From an uncultured Eubacteriales bacterium (lineage in GTDB: Bacteria > Bacillota_I > Bacilli_A > RF39 > UBA660): a stretch of 64,000 nucleotides of DNA. Below, in pieces: positions 27,015-34,376 of this stretch. Both the position numbers and the translations under genes were made by a program. The first letter of the stretch is position 1. Each line of letters starts with the position of its first letter. The notes beneath the pieces are model-generated. The model worked only from the letters and a program-made list of their open reading frames with translations, made no database searches and was not told where the DNA came from. The stretch is taken from positions 17,654-81,653 of the forward strand of contig ONQM01000003.1 of NCBI GenBank assembly GCA_900319955.1, in the 5' to 3' direction.

Positions 27015-27452
27015 TTATTTCAAGCTTTCTACTGTAAATGTATATGCATTTAGTGCTTCAGTGTCTACTATTAAGTCTATGCTTATTTCTTTACCTGTTG
27101 CTATATCTGGTATTAATGTTGATGACTCATAAATCTTTTTATTTTTATCATTTAAAAATATAAAATTTACAGATTCACTTTTGAAATCTTCTTTACTATT
27201 ATTTGTAATAGTCATTGTTATATGATTTAAATTGCCATCATTATATGGATTAATATTAGTAATATCTAAGTCTTTATATTTTTTATTTTTTATTAATGAA
27301 TCGTTTTTCTTTTTTACTTCTTTTGTTTTAGGTATATTATTATTATTTTTAGCATTATTTTCATATCTTTGTAGTGAAAATTCTAATATAATTAAAACTA
27401 ATACTATTATTATAATAATTATAAAGATAATATTCTTTTTACTCTTCATCAT
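27015..27452 (-). CDS. Hypothetical membrane-anchored protein
   Basis: 145 aa. N-terminal TM IIFIIIIIIVLVLIIL. Overlaps the upstream response-regulator gene by 14 nt. Confidence 0.5.
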   Translation of the reverse strand: MMKSKKNIIFIIIIIIVLVLIILEFSLQRYENNAKNNNNIPKTKEVKKKNDSLIKNKKYKDLDITNINPYNDGNLNHITMTITNNSKEDFKSESVNFIFLNDKNKKIYESSTLIPDIATGKEISIDLIVDTEALNAYTFTVESLK

Positions 27453-28206
27453 TACCCTCCACTACTTCTTTAATACTTTTTTCATTAAAAGGTTTTAAGA
27501 GAATATGTTTAATTGGATACTCTCTAGCTTTTTCAAGTACGTTTTGATCTCCAACGCCTGTAATTACAGTTACTGGAATTTTATCGAATAAATTATTTTC
27601 TTTAAAATATTCAAGTACTTCAAGTCCATTAAAATTAGGCATGTTAAGGTCAAGTAGCATCATCTTTATATGACCTTCATTATTATTAATTATATCTATC
27701 GCTTCTTTGCCATCACCTGCAGTTAAACAATTATATTTATTATTAAATATATTATCAACAAACTTCTTAATAACTAATGAATCATCAACAACAAGTATTA
27801 TACTATCACTTTTTAAATTAAATCTATTCTCTTCTATAGTATCTTCCCCTAAATATTTATTTGCAATATTAACACATCTTATTATTTCTTTTTCAAATTC
27901 ATTGAAGTTTTCTGATACATAAAACATATTATTGTTTTTGGACTCTTCTTCATTTTTTAAAGCAATATCAGCAAGACGAGTAAATCCAAAGTATTTGGCA
28001 TCACTTTTAATTGAATGAGCATATATTGAGTAATTTTTCATATCAGATATTTCTTTATACTTTCTTAATTTGTTTAAAGACTCCATTGCATCTTTTGAAA
28101 AATCTTTTAATGTGTCATTATATGTTTCAATATCACCAAAAAGATTTAAAGCACTATCAATATCAACACCATTTTTTCTTAAAAAATCAGTATCCATAAC
28201 AATCAC
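27439..28206 (-). CDS. Hpt-domain / receiver-domain fusion protein (phosphorelay component without a DNA-binding output)
   Basis: N-terminal Hpt-like motif YAHSIKSDAKYFGF. C-terminal CheY-like REC domain (IILVVDDS ... LLDLNMP ... ITGVGD ... KPF). Confidence 0.65.
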   Translation of the reverse strand: MIVMDTDFLRKNGVDIDSALNLFGDIETYNDTLKDFSKDAMESLNKLRKYKEISDMKNYSIYAHSIKSDAKYFGFTRLADIALKNEEESKNNNMFYVSENFNEFEKEIIRCVNIANKYLGEDTIEENRFNLKSDSIILVVDDSLVIKKFVDNIFNNKYNCLTAGDGKEAIDIINNNEGHIKMMLLDLNMPNFNGLEVLEYFKENNLFDKIPVTVITGVGDQNVLEKAREYPIKHILLKPFNEKSIKEVVEGNDEE

Positions 28207-28279
28207 TATCCTTATCTAAAGTATAGCATTTATAAATAAAATAAACAATAGAAAAAAGGTATTCAAAATACCCTTTCCA

Positions 28280-28720
28280 TTAACGCTTAGCATTTCTTCT
28301 TAAAGAAAATGTCTTAGGTCTTTCTCTAAATGATATTTCAGAAACAATTAGATTTTCTACATTTACTTCATGAACTTCTGTTCTACATGGATCTGCTTTT
28401 GATGGATCAGATGCTGCTTCTAGTGCTGTTTTACATCTTATGTATGTTTTAGCATCATCAAGTGTTGTCCATGGTTTAATTCTATCAGTGTAGTCTTCCA
28501 AAGTTGGTTCAAATGTACAAAAGTCATTATGATTCTTACTTTCATATATAATGAATGACCTATAATTATCTTCTTGTCCGTCAACATTTACAACATAAAT
28601 TTTAGCACGACGTCCATTTTTATTTAACCATGAGCATGCAAATACTGGATCATAATTTTCCATATTTTCTCTTATGTACTCACAAAGCTCACTCGGCTTG
28701 TGTATTTCTTCGTATTTCAT
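28280..28720 (-). CDS. Hypothetical protein
   Basis: 146-aa ORF with a short RBS-like region. No recognisable family. Confidence 0.5.
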   Translation of the reverse strand: MKYEEIHKPSELCEYIRENMENYDPVFACSWLNKNGRRAKIYVVNVDGQEDNYRSFIIYESKNHNDFCTFEPTLEDYTDRIKPWTTLDDAKTYIRCKTALEAASDPSKADPCRTEVHEVNVENLIVSEISFRERPKTFSLRRNAKR

Positions 28721-28785
28721 TTTTATTCACCCTTTAATTATATGCCTCAAATTAGGCGTGCTTGCTAATTATAGCATAAAATTAT

Positions 28786-30666
28786 TTATTTAGCAAGAAG
28801 GTCTACTATTAAATCACTTATCTCTGTTGGATTATCTAGTGTAACTCCTGCCATTAGTGCTGCTTCACTATAAAGAATCTTAGTATATTTATTGAATTCA
28901 TCTTTATCATTCTTATATAAATCTTTTAATTTTTCTGCAATCTTATGATTTTCATTTATTTCAAGAACTTTTTCAGCATTTATTGGCATATCAGTTCCCA
29001 TTGATTTAAATACTTTTTCCATTTCAATTGAAATATCACCTTTAACAGATAATGCTACTGGATGATCTTTAAGTTTATTAGAGAATCTTACTTCTGATAC
29101 TCCAGGAAGTACTTTCTTCATATCTTCAAACATTTTTTCAGAGTCTTTATTCATTTTATCATTTTTTTCTTTTTCTTCTTTTGAAGATAAATCAAAATTA
29201 TCACTTAAAACATTTACAAACTTCTTACCTTCATATTCTTGAAGTGCAGTAAGTGCAAACTCATCAACATAATCTGTTAAATACAAAATATCATATTTAT
29301 CTTTAACCTGATCAAGTTGTGGCATTTTATCAATCTTATCTACTGTTTCACCTGATGCATAATAAATAGAATCTTGTTCTTTTGACATAGCATCAACATA
29401 TTCTTTTAATGTAATTAAATCTTGCTTCTTAGCAGAATAGAACATTATTAAATCTTTAAGTTTATCTTTGTTAGTTCCAAACTTGTCATAAACACCATAT
29501 TTTAAATTAGCTCCAAATACTTTAAAGAATTCTTTATATTTTTCTCTGTCATTTTTAAGCATAGACTCAAGTTCTTTTCTTATCTTGCTTTCAACTGATT
29601 TTGCAATTACTCTAACACTATAAGATTTTTGTAAAGTCTCACGTGAAATATTAAGAGGTACATCTTCTGAGTCTATTACACCTTTTACAAATGAAAAATA
29701 GTCTGGTAGCAAGTCACTACATTTATCCATTATCATAACGCCACTTGAGTAAAGTGCTAAACCTTTTTCGTAATCTTTTGTATAGAAATCATATGGAGCT
29801 TTCTTTGGAATAAACATCAATGCTTTATATGTTGCATCTCCTTCAACATTTGATGTAATTGTATAAAGAGGTGCTTCATAATCATTAAATCTATCCATAT
29901 AGAAGTTATCATAGTCTTCCTGCTTTACATCTTTTTTATCTTTCTTCCATAGAGGTATCATTGTATTTATTGTTTCAATCTCATTTTTATCAATAAACTT
30001 GTCTTTATTTTTAGGATCTTCTACATGTTTAGTGACTTCCATCTTAATTGGATATCTTATATAATCACTATACTTCTTAATAAGTTCTTTTAACTTATTT
30101 TCATCTAAGTAATCACTATATTTAACTTCATCTGTATCATCTTTTAAATAAAGAGTAATCTCTGTTCCATTATCTTTTTTATTTGAAACATTTACAGAAT
30201 ATCCATCTATTCCAGAAGACTCCCAAAGATATGATTTATCACTCTTAACACTTTTAGTATCAACAGTTATTTTTTTAGCAACCATAAAAGCACTATAGAA
30301 TCCAACACCAAACTGACCAATTATATCAATATTCTTAGAGCCTTTATCTAAACTCTCTTTAAAAGCTTCAGATCCTGACTTAGCAATTGTACCTAAGTTG
30401 TCATCTAACTCCTTATCAGTCATACCAATACCATTATCAGTAATTGTTATAGTACGTTTTTCTTTATCATAGCCTATATTTATTGCAAGTTTATCTTTAT
30501 CTACTTTAATCTTTTTATCAGTTAAACTTTCAAGATAAACTTTATCAAGAGCATCACTAGCATTACTAATTAACTCCCTTAAAAATATATCTCTATTAGT
30601 ATAAATAGAATTAATCATTAAATTTAAAAGCTTTTTGCTTTCTGATTTAAACATTTTTTTTGACAT
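28786..30666 (-). CDS. htpG: Molecular chaperone HtpG (Hsp90)
   Basis: MSKKMFKSESKKLLNLMINSIYTNRDIFLRELISNASDALDK is the canonical HtpG N-terminus. The start is placed at MSKK (30666) because GGAGATGGTGAT lies just upstream. The ORF-track start at 30681 adds 5 aa. Confidence 0.9.
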   Translation of the reverse strand: MSKKMFKSESKKLLNLMINSIYTNRDIFLRELISNASDALDKVYLESLTDKKIKVDKDKLAINIGYDKEKRTITITDNGIGMTDKELDDNLGTIAKSGSEAFKESLDKGSKNIDIIGQFGVGFYSAFMVAKKITVDTKSVKSDKSYLWESSGIDGYSVNVSNKKDNGTEITLYLKDDTDEVKYSDYLDENKLKELIKKYSDYIRYPIKMEVTKHVEDPKNKDKFIDKNEIETINTMIPLWKKDKKDVKQEDYDNFYMDRFNDYEAPLYTITSNVEGDATYKALMFIPKKAPYDFYTKDYEKGLALYSSGVMIMDKCSDLLPDYFSFVKGVIDSEDVPLNISRETLQKSYSVRVIAKSVESKIRKELESMLKNDREKYKEFFKVFGANLKYGVYDKFGTNKDKLKDLIMFYSAKKQDLITLKEYVDAMSKEQDSIYYASGETVDKIDKMPQLDQVKDKYDILYLTDYVDEFALTALQEYEGKKFVNVLSDNFDLSSKEEKEKNDKMNKDSEKMFEDMKKVLPGVSEVRFSNKLKDHPVALSVKGDISIEMEKVFKSMGTDMPINAEKVLEINENHKIAEKLKDLYKNDKDEFNKYTKILYSEAALMAGVTLDNPTEISDLIVDLLAK

Positions 30667-30757
30667 TATCACCATCTCCATTGTATGTTATATAATAAAA
30701 ATTAGCACTTGTCAAGTTTAAGTGCTAATTTTCTGCTAAAAAAAAGTAGAATCTAAT

Positions 30758-31147
30758 CTACTTCAATCTTTTTTCAAGTTTCTTAACAGGTTCACTATAC
30801 TCTCTTATGTCTATTTGAGTATTAGTATTAATACCATCTGATGTTATTTTTCTTTTTATTGTACTATCAAGTACGAATTCTTCAACGTTATTGTAATGCA
30901 TAGTACCTCTATAAGTAGTTTTATAGTGTACACCATTGTTTCCAGTAATATAGCTTGTTATTCCAACATTTACTTTTTTGTTATTTTTTAAAACTATATT
31001 TCTTTCTTCTGAAATACTTAGGTTTTCATCTTCTACTGAATCATTTGTTAGTTTTCTATATTCATTATATCCATCAGATTCTTCAATAACATTCATTAAC
31101 TTATCTAAATTTCTTTTATAAAATATTAATTTTTTTATTTCTTTCAT
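30758..31147 (-). CDS. Hypothetical protein
   Basis: 129 aa, no family recognised. Tightly packed with the next gene (2-nt gap). Confidence 0.45.
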   Translation of the reverse strand: MKEIKKLIFYKRNLDKLMNVIEESDGYNEYRKLTNDSVEDENLSISEERNIVLKNNKKVNVGITSYITGNNGVHYKTTYRGTMHYNNVEEFVLDSTIKRKITSDGINTNTQIDIREYSEPVKKLEKRLK

Positions 31148-31148
31148 A

Positions 31149-31694
31149 TTATTTAACTCCCTTCAAAATATAAACTTTACCATGACCACCTTTAGTATGG
31201 TCATAATTTCTAATTTCGTTTGCTTCTTCCATAGAAACACCATAGTATATTGCAAGATTAGTTGTCATCTGTTCATAATCCGTAATAGCTTTTAAATAGT
31301 TTTTATCTTCTATTTCATTTGAAATTTTAACTAAATATATATCATAAATAGTACTGCAAAAATCTTTATCTTTTTCTTTATCAATATATCCTGCAATTAC
31401 TGGTCCAACAGTATCATATTCTTTTAAGATTTCACTAAATTTTTCATCTTTTTGCATAAATTCATCACGTAAAAATCTTAAATTTTGCATAGTTTTACAT
31501 TTATCATCTTTGCCTAATACTTCATGTACTACTGTTGTGATATAGCATAGTGATGGACTATTATAGTTTTTATCTTTAAAGTTAGAACAAGCTGATTCAT
31601 TTCCATAATAGTACTGTCTATATCTTTCACAGTATCCTTTAGAGCTTGGAGAAAATCCTGGATCAAACCAAGTACAATCAAAACAGTTTCCCAT
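31149..31694 (-). CDS. Hypothetical protein with a Cys-rich N-terminus (MGNCFDCTWFDP...C...C)
   Basis: 181 aa. Cysteines suggest a possible Zn-ribbon-like N-terminus. No family recognised. Confidence 0.45.
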   Translation of the reverse strand: MGNCFDCTWFDPGFSPSSKGYCERYRQYYYGNESACSNFKDKNYNSPSLCYITTVVHEVLGKDDKCKTMQNLRFLRDEFMQKDEKFSEILKEYDTVGPVIAGYIDKEKDKDFCSTIYDIYLVKISNEIEDKNYLKAITDYEQMTTNLAIYYGVSMEEANEIRNYDHTKGGHGKVYILKGVK

Positions 31695-31696
31695 AA

Positions 31697-31915
31697 TTAT
31701 ATTTTCTTAACGTTTGATGAGTCCATACTATCAGAAAATTCATCAGGATTCATACTATTATACATCATCATATATTCTTTTCTTCCATCAGCTATTGTCG
31801 ATTTAGTAAGAGTAAATGGAACACCACTTATCTTACGTAAATTATCTACTCTTAAACCTAATATAGTAGATTTGATAAGCTGCTTTTCTTTTTCTTTATT
31901 CCAATTATTATTCAT
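31697..31915 (-). CDS. Hypothetical small protein
   Basis: 72 aa, 2-nt spacing to the downstream gene. Confidence 0.35.
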   Translation of the reverse strand: MNNNWNKEKEKQLIKSTILGLRVDNLRKISGVPFTLTKSTIADGRKEYMMMYNSMNPDEFSDSMDSSNVKKI

Positions 31916-32269
31916 AATTCATATCTCCCCTCTGAATTAGTAAGCTGATTATATCACTTTTTTCTTTATTTTTCAAGTTATCTCAATAATTATTTTCATA
32001 TCTTCTTTTAAACTTTTCTATTGCAGATTCTCTTTTTATTACCATTTCTTTTTTTATATCATTATTAGGTTTATTTTTTATAGTAGTAACTTATTCTATT
32101 TTGTCTTCTGGATACATTGTTATAATATCTGTTATAAAGTTAGTTATAACTGTTATATCAAGTCCATCAACACAAACATTATATCTTGCAAAGAATTCAT
32201 CTATTATTGGAGTTTCATTTTTTATTTCCATTATTTATCTAAATTCCCCACCTTAAAATAAAAAGAAAA

Positions 32270-32611
32270 CTACTTTTTAATTTTCTTCTTACTCTTACCA
32301 GTATTAAGATTAAATATACCTATTAATCCTTCTGCTTCTCTAGCAGCTTCTTCTACTTCTAAATCATCCATTAAATTAGATATATGTTTAATCTTACTAT
32401 ATGTCATTAAATCAAGCTCATGACTATTACATGATGAAAGAAGTCTAACAAGTTTAGGGCCTATTTCATCATATCTTTTTAAAGAACCTTTATAATTATA
32501 TTTATTAACTATTTTTCTTAACCCTTTAACATTTTTTAGGACTACATTTCCATCCTTAATATTTAATTTATTAATTAAATATTCTGTTAAATAGCATCTA
32601 TCAGTTTCCAT
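32270..32611 (-). CDS. Hypothetical protein, tandem paralogue A
   Basis: 113 aa. RCYLTEYLINKLNIKDGNVVLKNVKGLRKIVNKYNYKGSLKRYDEIGPKLVRLL aligns with GCYVTGYLISKGYKIDKKVINDMYGLIKNAKKYKDYNGPLNDYERIGKDTRDEL of the adjacent upstream gene. Confidence 0.5.
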   Translation of the reverse strand: METDRCYLTEYLINKLNIKDGNVVLKNVKGLRKIVNKYNYKGSLKRYDEIGPKLVRLLSSCNSHELDLMTYSKIKHISNLMDDLEVEEAAREAEGLIGIFNLNTGKSKKKIKK

Positions 32612-32612
32612 A

Positions 32613-33038
32613 TTATTTCCTTAAAACTTTAACTTTATTATCTCTTTTTATTATAATACTATTAATAGAGCTAATATCATTATTTATGAGTGCTACTAAA
32701 AGATCAGCATCTTCTAATGCTTCACTATAACAAGATTGCACTACTTTATCATCTATTCTAAGTATTCTTTTATAAACATGATTATTAATTTCTTTATCAT
32801 TAAGACTTATTAATTCATCTCTAGTATCTTTTCCAATTCTTTCATAATCATTTAATGGTCCATTATAATCCTTATATTTCTTAGCATTTTTAATTAATCC
32901 ATACATATCATTAATAACTTTCTTATCAATCTTATAACCTTTACTTATTAAATAACCTGTTACATAGCATCCTCTTGCATTTGCATATTTTTCATTTTTT
33001 CCTTTAAATAACATAATACACACTCTCCATTTACACAA
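32613..33038 (-). CDS. Hypothetical protein, tandem paralogue B
   Basis: 141 aa. Paralogous to 32270..32611 (see the alignment above). The real start may be the internal Met (MLFKGK). Confidence 0.5.
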   Translation of the reverse strand: MCKWRVCIMLFKGKNEKYANARGCYVTGYLISKGYKIDKKVINDMYGLIKNAKKYKDYNGPLNDYERIGKDTRDELISLNDKEINNHVYKRILRIDDKVVQSCYSEALEDADLLVALINNDISSINSIIIKRDNKVKVLRK

Positions 33039-33040
33039 TA

Positions 33041-33946
33041 TTATAAATTATTTTCTAATTTTTGCAAGTATTCTTGGAATTCTTTTGGTGGTTCTACATC
33101 AAAATGTAAATGTTTTTGTGTTATTGGATGCACAAAATCTATAGAATATGAATGAAGCATTTGACCAAAACTACTTGCATTTTTATTTTCATATAAAGGA
33201 TCATTTGTAATAGGATGTCCAATATATGCCATATGAACCCTTATTTGATGCGTTCTTCCAGTATCAAGTTTACATAAAACAAGTGTATTGCTTTTAAATC
33301 TTTTTAACACTTTAAAGTGTGTTATAGCATTACGACTATTTTCACTTGTTACACACATTTTTTCTCTATTCTTAGGATCCCTCCCAATTGGTGCATCAAT
33401 AGTGCCTGATGCTGGTCCAATTATTCCATCAACAATTGCTAAATATTTTCTTTCTATTTCTTTATTTTTTATCATCAAACTTAACTTTTCTAGTGCATCA
33501 TTCGTTTTTGCAACAACCATTAAACCACTAGTATCTTTATCAATTCTATGTACTATTCCAGGTCGCATATTCTTAGTTTTTCCTTTGCCAAGGTGATAAA
33601 GTACTGCATTTACAAGTGTATGATTATAATTACCAGGTGCTGGATGAACAACCATACCACTTTCTTTATTTACAATCATTAAGTAAGGATCTTCATAAAC
33701 GATATCTAGTTTTAAATTTTCTGGTTCAACATCTATCGAAAAGTCTAAATCATCATCAACTTCTATCCTATCGCCATTTGATACTTTAAAACTTTCTTTT
33801 TCAGTCTTTCCATTTACTTTTACTTTATCTTGTTTAATTAAATTTTGTACTTTGCTTCTAGAAATATCTAAAACATTACTTAAATATTTATCTAGTCTTT
33901 CAGTGCCTTCTTCTACTATTAATTCTTTCACTATTATCACTTCCAA
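33041..33946 (-). CDS. rluD: 23S rRNA pseudouridine synthase, RluA/RluD family
   Basis: S4 domain (ERLDKYLSNVLDISRSKVQNLIKQDKVKVNG). Catalytic motif HRIDKDTSGLMVVAKT. lspA-rluD adjacency as in Bacillus. Confidence 0.9.
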   Translation of the reverse strand: MEVIIVKELIVEEGTERLDKYLSNVLDISRSKVQNLIKQDKVKVNGKTEKESFKVSNGDRIEVDDDLDFSIDVEPENLKLDIVYEDPYLMIVNKESGMVVHPAPGNYNHTLVNAVLYHLGKGKTKNMRPGIVHRIDKDTSGLMVVAKTNDALEKLSLMIKNKEIERKYLAIVDGIIGPASGTIDAPIGRDPKNREKMCVTSENSRNAITHFKVLKRFKSNTLVLCKLDTGRTHQIRVHMAYIGHPITNDPLYENKNASSFGQMLHSYSIDFVHPITQKHLHFDVEPPKEFQEYLQKLENNL

Positions 33947-34376
33947 TCATAGAAATTATAAGTATTATAACACCAAATACTACATATGTATCTGCTAAAT
34001 TAAATATAGGGAAGTAGTATTTAAATATAACTATACCAATAAAATCTATTACTTTACCAAATACTACTCTATCTATTAAATTACCTATTAATCCACTAAT
34101 AATTAGTATTATAGATATCTTAGAAGCTTTTTCATCTAACTTCTTATAATAACTAATTAAGAAATAAAGAACTATTAAACTTATAATTATAAGAAGCCAT
34201 CTTTTACCTTCAAAAAGACTAAAAGCAGATCCAGTATTAGTAACATAAGTTAAATAAAATTTATTTTTAATTATATCAATAACCTCCAAGTAATTAATAA
34301 ATTTAGTAGCTAGCACTTTCGTTATTCTATCAGTTAAAATCAAAATAATCGTTAAAATTAAATCTTTCTTTTTCAT
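33900..34376 (-). CDS. lspA: Lipoprotein signal peptidase (signal peptidase II)
   Basis: NTGSAFSLF, GNLIDR and FNLADT motifs. 4 TM helices. Confidence 0.85.
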   Translation of the reverse strand: MKKKDLILTIILILTDRITKVLATKFINYLEVIDIIKNKFYLTYVTNTGSAFSLFEGKRWLLIIISLIVLYFLISYYKKLDEKASKISIILIISGLIGNLIDRVVFGKVIDFIGIVIFKYYFPIFNLADTYVVFGVIILIISMIGSDNSERINSRRRH

